From assembly GCA_964016885.1 (NCBI GenBank), contig OZ024743.1, positions 146,940,001-147,004,000 of the forward strand: DNA of 64,000 nucleotides, written 5' to 3'. The DNA comes from Eledone cirrhosa. Lineage: Eukaryota. Numbering within the stretch: the first letter of the stretch is position 1; each line of letters starts with the position of its first letter. The translations under genes were made by a program, and so were the position numbers. Positions 24,373 through 38,454 of this stretch are shown here, one piece after another. The notes beneath the pieces were generated by a model. That model ran no database searches. It had not been told where the DNA came from and worked only from the letters and a program-made list of their open reading frames with translations.

Positions 24373-26753
24373 ATACTTTGGGAGGGTCATGTTGCCAATA
24401 AGAAACACACGCACCAGTTGCTTTCACTTCAATTTATTATAATAAATTTATAAATTTAGGAATTTATAAATTTCTGGTTGGTTGGTTGGTTCCACAACCA
24501 GATAGTTGTTTATATATTGTCAAAGTTCTTTCGTCACACATTCTGTGACCTCTTCAGTGACTGGGGATTCTTTTCTTTATTTTTGTGTCTCTCCTTTGTT
24601 CTGTCCTACGCCATTTTGTTTCTGTGTGTGTGTTGCGTGCTCAGTCTGCGCATGCGCCACATCCGGGTGTCTGTGTGTGTTTATATTTGTTTATTTATTT
24701 GTTTATTTACATGTTACCGGTTGGTTGTTTGTTCTATGTGTGTGTGTGTTTTCATTTTGTCCTTAATTGTAAGTTGTGATGTTGCTGTTCCACTCATATT
24801 TTCTATTTAATTTTGGTTGTAATTCTTTTATGTTTATTGCCTCTGTGATTTGTCTAAACATTGCGTCTTTTCTGTGTGTAGATTCTATTTTTATTTCTAT
24901 GTTCTCTAATTTACCCTTATGTTCTATTTTAGCATGTTGGTAGAGTACAGATGATTCTTTACTATCTTGAAGGTCTCGCCAGTGTTCATTTATCCGTTCC
25001 CCTACACTACGAGCTGTCTCACCTATGTACACTATATTTTTGTCTCTACATTGTCCTTCAGTACATCTTATGCTATACACTACATTTCTAGTTTTACAGT
25101 TAATATGGGGGCTTATTTTACAGGTTATACATTTCTTATCTATACAGGGGGTCTTTGGAAAGGGTATGTCTTGCTAATAAGTGTTTTTACGGAGGTACCT
25201 GGTCTTTCTACTATCTTAATATTGAGTTTATGTTTATCTAGGGCCCTTCTAAGCTAATTCACCTCTAGGGGTTGTATCGATGAACATTACACTCTGGTAT
25301 TTATTGCTATCATACCATGAGTTTATTCTATTAGCCTTATTCCTAGTTCTTTCTATTCTATTCCAAAATTTGCTCCTATACAAGGGGCAGGTCCCATTTG
25401 TGTCATTATTTACCAATTTTTCCCATTTGGTTCTGGCTCCTCTATACACTCTGATTCTATCTCTCTGATTGTAACCAGAGAACTGCATACGGTGGATGAA
25501 GTGTTGTATGTGTCTCTCTAGTTCTTCGGGGTTGCACATGCGGGACACGTTTCTCATCACCCGTACCAAATCCGCAATCAGTATGTTGATTTTGGTATGG
25601 TCCGAAACAGCCGAGTTTCGGTGGATCAGATGTTTGGAAGTCATGGGTTTGGCATAATGGGAATGGAGGATTTGTTTTTTGTTATTAATGGTATCTAACC
25701 AGAGCTGTGTGTCTAGTACAGGTAATCGATGGTTGGGGTGTTTACTTGGGTAGTCTATAGTAACTCTAATACTCTGGTGGATAGAGTTAGCTATTTGCTG
25801 GATGCTTTCCATTGTGTTTTTCTCTAGTTCCTGACTGTTCTCTAGTGGGGGTGTCTTAACTACGATGTTTATATCGTCAACGTAGCGGGAGTACATTATC
25901 AGGGTTAAGGGGTCTTCTAATTGTTCTTTAAGTTTAAGTTTAAGTCTACTTTTCTACCATACCATGAATAAGTTAGCTATGTCGCCTGCAATGCTAACAC
26001 CAATGGCTGCTCCTTCCTCTTGGGCATATGTTTTTCCATTAAATTTGAACATATGTTCCTTAGGGGTTAGTTTTATGCTGGCCCCTACCGCATGTGCAAT
26101 CATTTTCTTCAGTTCATCGTGGTTTTCGGGCGTCCGTATGGCTCTGGTCCACCCGTTCCATCTATCTGTGTGGGTTTTCTTGGCCATTGAGGTAATGGTA
26201 GGTAGTCTGCCTCTTGCTGGTCTTGTAGGACACAGGTTGCTAAGGTCATATGTGTCTAGGTAATTATTACTATAGGTAAGTTTAAGTAGGAGTCCCAGCT
26301 CACTGGTATCAATCCCACGGAACTCAACCTTGCTCTCACTGATCATTTCTACGCATTTCTCCACAGCAAAATCCACGTCAATAGATGGATACAGGGACAC
26401 AACATCCATACTACCTATTATGCAGTTTGTTAGGTCCCTAGATCGGTTACTCTCGCCGATTCTGCTGAGGAGGTCCTCCGTGTAGTCATATACATCTGGG
26501 GACATTTCAATGATGGGCGTATGATCAGGGAGAGGAAGTAGGACAGTCTGTAGTTACTAGCAATGTTAGCCCCACAGACTGGCCGTGTTGGTGGTCCCGT
26601 GACAGGGTCATTGCCCGTTTTATGGTCTAGGGACCTAACAAACTGCATAATAGGTGCGTGTGTTTCTTATTGGCAACATGACCCTCCCAAAGTATAACAA
26701 TATCGGTTTCAACACACGATTTCAGATAAAGAATCTTGCTAAACAAATTCAGA

Positions 26754-26757
<4 letters not shown>
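24367..26757 (-). mobile_element. Penelope-like retroelement, 5'-truncated, with inverted terminal arm and tail
   Basis: RT pieces 25954-26505 (SMDVVSLYPSI, QEEGAAIG) and 25249-25896 (RYVDD, LPVLD, HYAKP); GIY-YIG 24763-25080 (VYIGETARSVGERINEH); 26652-26702 is an inverted copy of the 3' end. Confidence 0.93.
24519..24561 (-). ncRNA. Minimal hammerhead ribozyme in the PLE 3' region
   Basis: GTCA CTGAAGA G GTCACA-GAATG-TGTGAC GAAA GAAC TT TGAC. Confidence 0.78.
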
Positions 26758-26835
<78 letters not shown>

Positions 26836-26842
<7 letters not shown>

Positions 26843-27432
26843 TAAACTTCTTTATTAGCCACAAGGGCACAAAAGAAGGGGACAAATACAAATGGGGAGT
26901 TTACATACAGGTATATGAAAATAAAACTATTAATACAATAACAAATAACAATTGAAATCCCCAATAGGGGGAAGTGTTACACAGGGGTTGTACACACCCC
27001 GAAAAAATGTACTACCTTCATCTCCAGGAGCACCAAGAGTGAGTACTCCCTTCCTCTCTTCCTCTCTTCCTCTTTTTCCTCAACCTACAGGCTTATATAG
27101 AGAGAAGGCCCAATCACTCGGGCCATCTTTGCCACATTCACCCACCTTTTATAAAATTTGCTGGGGTACAGCACCTCTCTCTCCATCCTGATTCTTCTTC
27201 CAAAATGATATTTGAAAAAACGATTCAGTTGCTCGCCGGAGAGAAAGGTGTCTGACCTCAGCCCTTTTAACCTCATCCACCATATAACCTCTTTCACCAT
27301 AGTCATAACACATAGGAAAACCGCCTCTCCCTCGTTTTTGAAGGAGGGTGGCGGTTTGATCATGACAATGGACTCGGTGGTCAACTGGATTGGTCCCACC
27401 CGCGACAATAGTCGTTCTACATGGCCCCACAG
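26836..27432 (-). mobile_element. 5'-truncated second copy of the Tx1-like LINE
   Basis: Diverged paralog of 27456-28070 (SRVGPIQLTTESIVMIKPPP); own AATAAA and TATC tail. Confidence 0.88.
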
Positions 27433-27455
27433 GAGGATTACTCATGATAATAGTG

Positions 27456-30400
27456 AAATAGATAACTTTCTTTTTATTTTCCACCAGGGCGTCAAAGAGT
27501 GGGACAAGTACAATGGGGGGAGTTTACACAAAAAGGCGTCTTCAATAAGGAGGAGGCAATAACAAAATATAAAAATATAAGATATAAAATATAACAAAAA
27601 TAAATTGAATAACAAAATCCTCAATAGGGAGGTCGCCCCCCCCCCCAAAAAAAAAGTGTGCAACCCTTCTCCTCGGGAGCACAGAGAGAGAGTGCTCCCT
27701 TGATCTTTTATCTTTCTCACCTACAGTCTGATGTAGAGTTAAGGCCCATTCACACAGGCCATTCTCGCCACTTTCACCCATCTTTCATAAAAACAGCTGG
27801 GGTGCAGCACCTCTCTCTCCATCCTGATTCATCTTCCGAAATAATATCGGAAGAAAAGAACAAGTTGTTGGCCAGAGAGAGAGGTGTCTGACCTCAGTCC
27901 TTTCAGACGCGTCCACCATACAACCTCTTTCACCATGGCTATTACGCACAGAAACACCGCCTCTCCTTCGTTTTTGAAGAGGGGAGGCGGCTTGATCGTT
28001 ACAATAGACTCGGTGGTCAACCGGATCGGTCCCACCCGTGACAGCAGTCGTTCGACATATCCCCACAGATCGGCAATGCCCGAGCAGTGTACCAATGCTT
28101 GTGCAACGGTTTCCTCTTCGCACACGCATCTGGGACAGATCTTTTTCGAGGGGTCCCTACCCGGGCGCCCGTGTCTGTAGAGCCTTTCTCGAACGGGCAG
28201 AGCCCCTCGGTAGCACTGCCAGGCCAGGGACCTCTGGAAGTTATCCATAGGTTCCGGGCTGAATGTCCTACCGAAGAGGTTGGCCAGTTCGTTTTCCTCC
28301 ATGTCTAGGGCTTCTCCGAGGGCGTCGTCGCACCTGCTAACCACCAGCCCTCTATAGAATGACGAGGTGGATTCTCCACTGACAGCCGGGTCCTCCTGCC
28401 AGAGAGCCGTGAGCGCCTGGGCACACTCGGTGTGCCAGGCGCCCAGCTTTCTCGGTCTTTGCTTGACCCAGGATTGAAGCTCGGTGAGCGAGACGAGTCT
28501 GGGAAAGGCTCGCCTCACAAACGGGGCCCACACCGGTTGACCGGTGAGGAATACCTGGAGGTGCCGTAACCTTAATGTGTGTTTGCGCATCATCAGCCAC
28601 GGTATCCCCAGCCCTCCTTTCGAAGGGTGTTGACAGCAGATGGATCTCCTCACCATAGGAGCCCGCTTCTTCCAAAGGAAGTGTGTGCGCTCCATTTTGG
28701 CGAGCGTTTCCCTTGGGCAAGGCACGACGGTCAGGCGGTAGTAGATGACGGACGCTATATACGTGTTCGCCACCTCCGCTCGACCTTTCAGGGACAGTTT
28801 GCACTCGGCCCACTTCTGGGTCAGTGCAAACACCCTGTTCGTTACCTCACCCCAGTTCTTCTCCACCTGGAGGTCTGGTCCGAACCAGAACCCGAGCAAC
28901 TTCACCGGGCCCTCCGTCCAGCGCCCGACGACGCCATCGGAGGGCATCGATCTGCCCCTCCACGTGCCGAGTTGCAGACGATCGACTTGTTCCGGTTCAG
29001 CTTAGCCCCTGTAAACCTTTCGTACTCCTCCAGTAAAGTGCCGATCGCCCCGATTTCCGATGCCGTCGACACCATTACTGTTACGTCATCGGCGTAGGCC
29101 GACACCGCTTTCCGTAATCCCGGTTCCAACGAGATTCCCTGCAACAACTCCAACTTCCGCAGCAGTGGCTCTAGAGTCATTACATACAGAAGGTAGGAGA
29201 GAGGGCACCCTTGTCGGATGGACCGCGTGATTTCGAACGGCTGCGAGAGGTAGCCGTTCACCTTGACCCTAGAGCAGACGCGGCTGCTGTGCATGGCAGT
29301 GATCCAGCCCCTGAAAACGGGTCCGAAGCCTACCGCCGCTAGCACCACATCCAGGTAACCATGGTCGACCATATTGAACGCTTTAGATTGATCCAAGTTG
29401 ATCAGGGCCCCACCAAAGCCGGGTTCGTTCCCAACCCTCTCTATGATGTATCGCATGAGGTGGAGGTTGTCATGGATGGACCTGGACTGGATATCACATG
29501 TCTGCGCATCTCCCACCAGGTTGCCCACGACAAGCGCCAACCTCTTTGATAGCACCTTGGCCAAAATCTGTAACTCTGTATTTAGCAGAGTTATGGGCCT
29601 GAAATTATTTATATCGTCCCCCTTGTTCTCGTCCTTCCTCACTAGCGTGACTACACCGTTGGTCACAGCACAGGGAATTCTCCCGTTCTGTTGCCAGTTG
29701 CAGTATACCGTCTCGAGGAGATCGGGGAACAAATCCGGCATAGCTAGATATAGTTCGTATGGAAGACCATCGAGACCCGGGGATTTGCGTTTGCCGCATT
29801 GGCTCAGCACGTCCTCTATCTCAGCGGCCGAAATCGGCTCCTCGCAGAACTTCGCCTCCCTGTCCGAGAGACGCAGCAGGCCGTCGAGGTATGGACCGAA
29901 GTCCACTTCGCCAACCGGTTCCCCGCCCCTTCCGAACAATCTGGCAAAGTGCTTTTGAAAAGCCTCGCACATCTGCTTAGGTTCAAGGATCACCCGTCCA
30001 TCCTGGTCTCGCAAAGACCGGATAGTGGATCTACTCCCTCTTTTGGCTTTTGTCACGCGGGCCCAGCTAACAGCTTTGGTCCCCTCGTTTCCCAGAGCAC
30101 GTATTTTGCTTCGGACGAAGCAACCTTCGTGTTTCGCGTCGAAGAACTGGCCCAGGGCCGTTCTCAACACTAGCACTCTGGCCACGTCGCCGCTTCTAAT
30201 TGCCTCTTCTACACTATCTACCAACTCCCTTTCCTTCCTATTTCTATTTGAGGCTAACTCCTTACTAAATTCTATAGAGACTACTCTAATCTCTCTTTTG
30301 AGAGATCCCCACCACCTGCTGTTGACGATGGCGCCCGTCAACCGCTCCTTAACTAAAGTGCTAATCCTGTCCCTGTAAGCTTTACTTGCCGGTAAGGAAA

Positions 30401-33178
30401 AGTTGAGCTTCCAGTAACCGGGTCCCTGTCTATGCGTTCTGTCAAAGTTGACTATGCAGGTCACTAACTTGTGGTCTGAATAGCCAACCATGAGCATTTT
30501 TGAACAATTTAAAAAGTCCTTATCCTTATTTCTAACTAAGAACCTATCTAGGTACGACCTAGATGATCCGCTGAGGTTTGCCCAAGTTCAGGTTGGCGCA
30601 GTCGGAAAATCTAGTCGATATCTATCGGCCAGGTCAAATCGACCGATTAACCCTTTGAGGCTGTTACACCCCTCTCTATCGAGACAGGCCCCTACGTAGT
30701 CCCAACGTGCATCTAGGATACCATTTCAGCCCACCACTAATATCAAGGAGCGGGACGTCCCTAGAAAAGTCTCCAGACGATGGAAGAAGTCCGGCCGCGT
30801 TGACCCGAAAGGGCCGTAGACGGCTACCAGCCTAAACGCTCCGCCTTCACCACTGCCAAGGTCCAGAACCACTAGTCGACTCTCCGGGTCCAAATGTACC
30901 GACTGTGTTGCGAGACCCAGATGTTTTTGCAGCAGAAGGAGAAACCCCACCCCCACCTCCGGGCTGACAGAGAGATGCGTGCATCTCAAAGTCATCAAAG
31001 GTGGGGGCCAGCTGTCGCATGTTGGTGATCCGGGCCTCGCAAATAACCATCACACCTATATGTTGTGACCTGAGGTCATTTAGAAGCATTGCTTGCTTCC
31101 AAGTTGAGCCCAGGCCACGCGCATTTAGACAACCTACTCTTAGCATAGCCATGTTGGTGGTGAAGAGAAAAGGCACTTACCTCTCTGCATCCCGGGTATC
31201 GGGCTGCACAATTTCCATGAGGGTGGGGGATGGGTTGTTGGGTTGGGTGGTGGATTGTGGAAGTATAGGGGCATCAGTGTGTTGTGTGGTTGGGGTGTTT
31301 GGAGTTGCGTGGGTGTTTGGGGAGGGGGTGGGGAAATTTTTAGGAGGACGCAGTTAATGGGCCCGCCGCAGGGGGGGGGGGGGGCACATCCTCTTTAAAG
31401 TTGTTTTTTAGTGTTTTATATGTGTCCTCTGGGGCATTAATCATTTTGAGGTGGGGGAAATCCCCTGCCTGGGTGAAGTTAGGCCCTTGGGTTTTTACTA
31501 AATTGTTGTTGTATACAATGTTTATCAGTTTTTTTTTTATTTCTTGTGTTTATGTATGTGTATGCATGTTTTTGTTTTTGTGTGGTGTGTTTTGTTTGCT
31601 GTTGTTGTGTGCTCTTTTGTGTTGGTGTCTGTGTTATGTTTTGGGGAGGGGTTTTTTTCATTTGTGTGTCTGAGGTGTGTTTTCTTTTTTTTCTTTTGAT
31701 TGTGTGGTAGTGCTCCTCTTCGTCTGAGGACGAACGAGGGTCATCTTCCGCGTTAGGGAGGAGGGGTAGACTTTCGGGTTGTGTTTGCGGTGCGGGTATT
31801 TTGGAAATTGTTTTTTTTTAGTGTGTGTGTGTGGGGGGGGGGGCAGTGTTTTGTTTTGGTTTGAGCTGTGGTTGTTGTTTTTTGTAGTGGTGGTTACGGT
31901 GATTGTGTTGGTTGCGCAATTGTTGGTGGTGTAGGCAGGATTGGGGTTTTCTTTTTAAGTTGAGGACAGACAGCCCTCGGGTCACCTCTGGCTCCACAGA
32001 GGTAACACGAGGGCCGCCTACTCTCAACGGTAATGTTGATAAAAGTTTGATCATCCAGTATGACGCGTTGAGGGATCTGGGCGATCCTTTCGGGCCTCAT
32101 TTGAACTACAAGTTCGAGGCCCGTTCCACTGAACGCGTCACCCGATGCCTTTCCCATGGATATTAGTGTGTCATCGTCTAGGTCCAGGAAACCTGTCAAT
32201 ACCCATCATATGTCCATAATCGGCAGGATGGTGTGAATTTTTATTTTTTGTGTCCTTCTACCCATGTACGTAGGGTAGAAGATGTATGCGGTGGATGTGA
32301 TTGGTTTTATTGACAATTTCGCTGCCGTGTCCCTGTCCTTCATGAGAATGGATAGACTCCCGTAGAGTCTATCCTTCTGAATGAATATGATGTCTTTCAT
32401 GACATCTTTTAAAACCAGCTCTATCTCACTCTGTGATGGTTGAGCTGGTTTTTTGCTTTTGTTTGAGACTGTCCTAAACATGACAATGTTTAGGAGTCTC
32501 TGGCTTTTTAGTTCCGGGGGGGGGGGGGGGCGGGGTTCGAAAATGATCCATTTTCCACGTACACTATGTATTTTTTGGCATCTGCCAGTAGCTCCTTCGC
32601 TTTGCTTATATCTACTGGCAGATAGTCGAGTGTTTTCCTTGCAGTCTGGGCGAAGGAGACCTTTTCCTTGTTCGTGTTGCTGTTGTAGTTGGTGGTGTTG
32701 TTGTTATCATTGTTGTTGGTGTTGTTGTTTTTGTTGTCTTTATTGTTGCTGTTGTTGTCGTTGTTGTTGTTGTTTTCGGTTTCTTGGTTTCTACTTTTTG
32801 GCACAAGGCCAGCAATTACCCAGTTTATTACTGTGTAGTTGTGGCTACATCAAGTTGTCGGTCAGCAGGTCGGTCATCTGCTGCTGTGACAGTGGCAGGG
32901 GGAAGCTGTGAGTTTAGTTTCCCTTTTCTTTCTTTGAATGTTGGTGAAGATGCTTCAGCCATTTTTATCAAAGTAGGAAATTTTTCGAAAGATAACATTT
33001 TTTTCCCCCAACACAATTTCGCCTAAAGGCGTAGAATAATTTGAGAGACTGACCAGATCAAAATTTGACCTGGCAGTCCCTCTACAAAATGGTACAAAAA
33101 TGAAAGTTTACAGTTTGGAATTTCTATGGAAATTTAGGCAGAACTTACCCAGCAAGTTTTACGCGTGTGTCCATCCCA
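27456..33178 (-). mobile_element. Near full-length L1/Tx1-clade LINE, disrupted
   Basis: ORF1 relics ~33016-31177 (CYLCGARGDPRAVC knuckle-like motif); ORF2 from 31152: LNARG, SDH, PGYWKLN, SPGLDG, FRPITLLN, LDQSKAF, RQGCPLS, AYADD, CPRC...H...C; GATA repeats at both ends. Confidence 0.95.
28902..30497 (-). pseudogene. LINE ORF2 reverse transcriptase, largest open segment
   Basis: 531 aa ORF with the non-LTR RT motifs through YADD; frameshifted on both sides. Confidence 0.93.
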
Positions 33179-34546
33179 GATAGATAGATAGGTGAACTGA
33201 TTTATATAAACTCAAAAAGAAGTAAAGAGATGTTTTGACGTATACGTAGTCACATAGACACAGCGATAGATGGATATGATATATATAGATTACACACAGA
33301 TGAATATATGATCATATATATCTTTGAGTTATATCTCTATATTTACAGAATATATATAAAACCGTGGCTGCATAAATATGAAATATGTTTAGCATATAGA
33401 CATGTAAACTTGCCAAAATACGTATTTTCATGTAAACCGAAAACATGATAAATACTTTTAACAGTTGTGCAAAGCGAATTAAATCCACGTATATAATCTA
33501 AACAACCACAAGGGAATACAAGGGGCTTATAGTAGGACCTTGAAATGGATGCACTAATTTGTATGTCAGTAGATAATTAAGATATATATATCTATTTATG
33601 CGCTAAGTACTTGATAAAGTTATATCGGTATATTTACAGAATAGAAGTAACCAAAGCTATGTATGTTTATATACCATTCACGCAGTCTCTGTTCTGTAGA
33701 TAATACAGTGTGTTATGTGCATAGAAAGAATCCAACACCATATTTGTTATATACATGTATTTTATTGCTCTCTCTCCGATAAAAGACCCCTGGGAGTAAC
33801 CGCAGAACTTTTTGGCAGCTAGAACAAAGGTGAGAAGCCACTAGGCTTGTCTTTCCTTAAAGAATAATCAGTGGTTAATATTCTTGTCTTTTAATCTGCC
33901 AAAGTTGAGATGTATAGTTTCTTATAGAAAATGTAAATAAAATTATGGCAATGATAACGAAATTTCATATTATATTGCAAGCAAAGGCGTATTAATCGGG
34001 GAGAGATTGGACTGTAGCCAGGGCCAACGATATTGAAGGGGCCCAAATTCACTGTTTTGGCTCCCATAAATAATATATTCTGTTCTGACTTTGATGAAAT
34101 AATCCACCCCTAGCTACAAAGTGTAGGTGTCGGCTAATTAATAATAACTATAATACGAATACCGCGTGGATATTCTACATCTATATATAATAAACCACCT
34201 CACTATATAATTTTCTACATGTTTATAATAACACACTCTTAATTTTATACACATCAACACATATTCATACTCACACACATATATGCGCAGATACGTACAC
34301 TCATTAGAATATACGCATTTATTCATGAAAATACGACAGAGAAAGTCAAATGAATAAATAAATACTTTTAACTTACGAAATCCAAACCAATGTTTCTCAT
34401 TCAACATTAATGTTTTCTGTTGTTTTTTTTTTTAAATATATTTTATGAGTTTCACTAATGAATCCATCCTTAATCAACGACATCAACAACAAGATAACAA
34501 CAAAGATAACAACAACAGCATCCTCAAGATATCTGCAGCGTGTCCG

Positions 34547-34590
<44 letters not shown>

Positions 34591-34912
34591 ACGACAAAAA
34601 ATAAATAAACTACAATTATATTAAAATAAAATTTCAAGTATCTTGAAAAGATAATGGTAAATTTGAATTGGAAAATGTATTTTTTAATGGCTATAATTGC
34701 ACTAAAAAATATATATATATTTATATGCTTTTCTTTGTTTTAATTTTCGAAAAAATGATTCATTTATGTTGTGTAATGATGATTGTGCTTATGACATGAA
34801 AGTCTAAATTCAGGAGTGGAAGCAGTCATCTTCAGGAATGGTCGCCGTTTTGATAATGTTTTGTAAAAATATCTTTATCGGATGTGCTTTTTAATTTCTT
34901 TTAATTATATCA

Positions 34913-34953
<41 letters not shown>

Positions 34954-35551
34954 ACACACATACACACACACACACACACGCAACACACACACACACACAC
35001 TGACATACACACATGCATCCACACGCACAACACACATATGTATATATAGACATATAAATATACAGACACACGTATGGACATGCATACATACACACATGCA
35101 TACATATATGCATACATATATTCATGCCTACATACATACATACATATATACATACGTACATGCTTACATACATACATGCTTACATACGTACATACATACA
35201 TATATATATATATTCAAGCTTACATACATATATACATACATGCTTACATACATACTTACATACATGCATACTTACTATAAACATATTTATATATACACAC
35301 AAACATATATATAAAATAAATATGTGATTTATATTTGTTTTGTATTTCATTTTGCTTTTTTTTATTGATATCGTTTTTATATATTTTTTTACGGTTATAT
35401 GGTTACAATTAATTGCTTTGCATATACGTTGAGTATTATATTTGTTGTGGAGGCATCTATGTATGTATGTATGTATGTATGTATGTATGTATGTATGTAT
35501 GTATGTATGTATGTATGTATGTATGTATGTATGTATGTATGTGTATGTATG

Positions 35552-35585
<34 letters not shown>

Positions 35586-35709
35586 TGTATGTATGTATGT
35601 GTATGTATGTATGTGTATGTGTGTGTATGTATGTATGTTTGTATGTGTGTATGTGTGTATGTGTGTATGTATGTGTGTATGTATGTGTGTATGTATGTAT
35701 GTATGTATC

Positions 35710-36090
35710 CAATGATGTTGACTTGTTCTTCTTTTTGGTAAATATCATCTTGGTCAAGAGAGTGGGACTGGCTTTGTGCAGTGCCTTTGCTCACTATAAA
35801 AACTTCACGGCACAGGCATTGCTTTATATCTGGAGATCTCTCTGCACTTGTCGTCACATGGAACCATGGACCCAGCACTATGTGTCAATAATTGTCACAA
35901 GTGTAGTGTTTGTACCAGAGTTTTCAAGTCGTTGGCTGGACTAAAAAGTCACACTCGTTCAGCGCATCGGTAGGGGTTCTCCTACATGGATATAAAGTAG
36001 TGGCCGTACTCGAAAACGAGTTGGCAGCCACCATGTATGTATGTATGTATGTATGTATGTATGTATGTATGTATGTATGTATGTATGTAT
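35710..36090 (+). mobile_element. Probable RTE-type LINE 3' fragment with a C2H2 finger and (ATGT)n tail
   Basis: HKCSVCTRVFKSLAGLKSHTRSAHR* followed by a short UTR and (TATG)n; embedded in a (TATG)n array. Confidence 0.6.
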
Positions 36091-36361
36091 GTGTGTATGC
36101 ATGTATAAAACACACACACACACACAACACACACACGCACGCACACACACACACATATACAGTATAAGTTATAAACCGAAGTTTTAGCTGTCGTACAGCA
36201 AGTACTATTCAGTTTGTTTGAGGCAATCACAAAGCACTGAATGGAGCGAAAGTTAAAAACATTAGGTCCAGAGTAACTACAACAGTTATAAAGTATGACA
36301 CCAAGAATACTGACCGAAGGCACTGGCCATAAATATATCACAACGACGATAGATACAGAAA

Positions 36362-36426
<65 letters not shown>

Positions 36427-36427
36427 C

Positions 36428-36459
<32 letters not shown>

Positions 36460-36469
36460 GAGAGAGAGT

Positions 36470-36504
<35 letters not shown>

Positions 36505-36605
36505 TGGAATTGGAAATAGCACAGAAAATATATTTAAGGATCTGTTTTTCTTTTTTTCTTCTTTGATTCGTCAAAGTGACACTATTGAAAAAGAGTTTTA
36601 TAATG

Positions 36606-36702
<97 letters not shown>

Positions 36703-36898
36703 CCACAAACCCTCCATCTCAATTCTACTTTTGAAAAGCATAAGAACTGCGAAATCGGTAAAGGAACCAAATAAATATTCTTAAAAAGACTGCAATTGCA
36801 TTTTCGATTTCATCTTTTTTCCATATACTTTCACTTGTGTAGGACACCTCGTTTTTATTTTCATTTTGGAAAAAAACCCTCATTTTCTTATATATATA

Positions 36899-37269
36899 TA
36901 CAATATATTAACAAATGGAAACTATATTTATAAAACCATATTTATTTTATTATACATATTTCAAGGGCCACCAAGGTAAATTATGGTGCGCTTTCATCAG
37001 ATAAAATACAACCGTTAAGGTTGTCTTTTTTCAGAGTATGTCAATATTTATTTATAAAACAAATCTGTATTGTATTTTATCTGATGAAAGCGCACCATAA
37101 TTTGCCTTGGTGGCCCTTGAAATATGTATAATAAAATAAATATGGTTTTATAAATATAGTTTCCATTTGTTAATATATTGTATATTTACTCCACCAAAGT
37201 GTTGAGTGCTTTATATCAGTTATAAACATTTTTAAGCTTGTTGAATCCCAACAAATTAACTATAACCTC

Positions 37270-37272
<3 letters not shown>
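36899..37272. mobile_element. Hammerhead-bearing fold-back element family 1, copy B
   Basis: Hammerheads at 36944-37007 (-) and 37074-37137 (+); tail on the right arm only. Confidence 0.88.
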
Positions 37273-37332
<60 letters not shown>

Positions 37333-37844
37333 CTGAATTACTGGACAGTGCACATGCTAGTCTACTGCTATCAAGAATTTAGTTGAGTATTTACACTTAA
37401 TTGAATATTTCAGTTGGTGTATATTTCAGCAATCAGTGTTTGTTAAAATGCTAAATCACTGGATTTAAAGGGATGCATCATTAACAATGCTAATTTCTAA
37501 AACCCTGCAAACGTAAATAAATGTTGTCAATCTCGCCTGAAAAGTATTAGATTTCATGGGGTTTTTTTTTTACCGCTTAATGCATACATTTTAGATTAGG
37601 TGTGGTTGCGCTATTTTTACAGTGTTTTTATGAAGCATTAAATACAAAATTCTTCTATTTTGCGTTTGCAAATACCAATAATATTCATCTATGTGTAACC
37701 TTTATAAGTATCTATGTGTATCTATAGATGTAGGCTTTTGTCTCTGTTTCCCTGCCCCTATTGTCAATATGTGACCTCTCAATGTTTAAAAAAAGGAGGG
37801 ATATCAAAAATAATTAGCAGCTATGTCTGCATATGTATCATCAT

Positions 37845-38190
37845 CATCACCAACACCACTACCACCACCATCATTATCACCATCATCATCATCATCTTCA
37901 TTTAACGTCTGTCTTTCATGCTCGTAAGAGTTGGACAAGTCTTCATAGAACAAATCTGTATTCAAACCGAACTACTGACCATTTAGATGGGCTGGGGGCT
38001 TGCATCTTGCTTACACATGTTTCCACGCTCTACCTTGTGTAATTTATTGTGGTACGCGCACAAGAGGGCTGTCATGTGTTTTAGACAGCTGAAGAGTCCT
38101 TCCGACTTTTTGACAGGCATTTTGCGGCTGGATGTTTTTCCTATTACCAACCACTTTACGGTATGTACTAAGTGCGTTTTTCATGTACTA
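37845..38190 (-). mobile_element. Decayed SINE family B / RTE-tailed repeat
   Basis: (CAT)n, then tttaacgtctgtctttcatgct and gctggatgtttttcctattaccaaccac. Confidence 0.6.
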
Positions 38191-38268
38191 AGTGCAGCAG
38201 TATCGAGTTGTCGTATTAACTACAATAAACAATTATATATCTCAATCAGTTGCTAAACATTTAAAACA

Positions 38269-38454
38269 AATAATTGTTTCTACTTTAGGCACCAGGCCAG
38301 CAATTACCCAGTGCATTACTGGTACTTTATTTTATCGACCCCGTAAGGATGAAAGGCAAAGTCAACCTCGGCGGGATTTGAACTCAGATCGTAAAGGGAC
38401 GTAACTATGCTGGAAAGCATGGCATCCGACCCTCTACCGATACTGCCAATCCAC
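38269..38454 (-). mobile_element. SINE family A with TSD
   Basis: Full copy flanked by taaaacaaataat. Confidence 0.88.
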
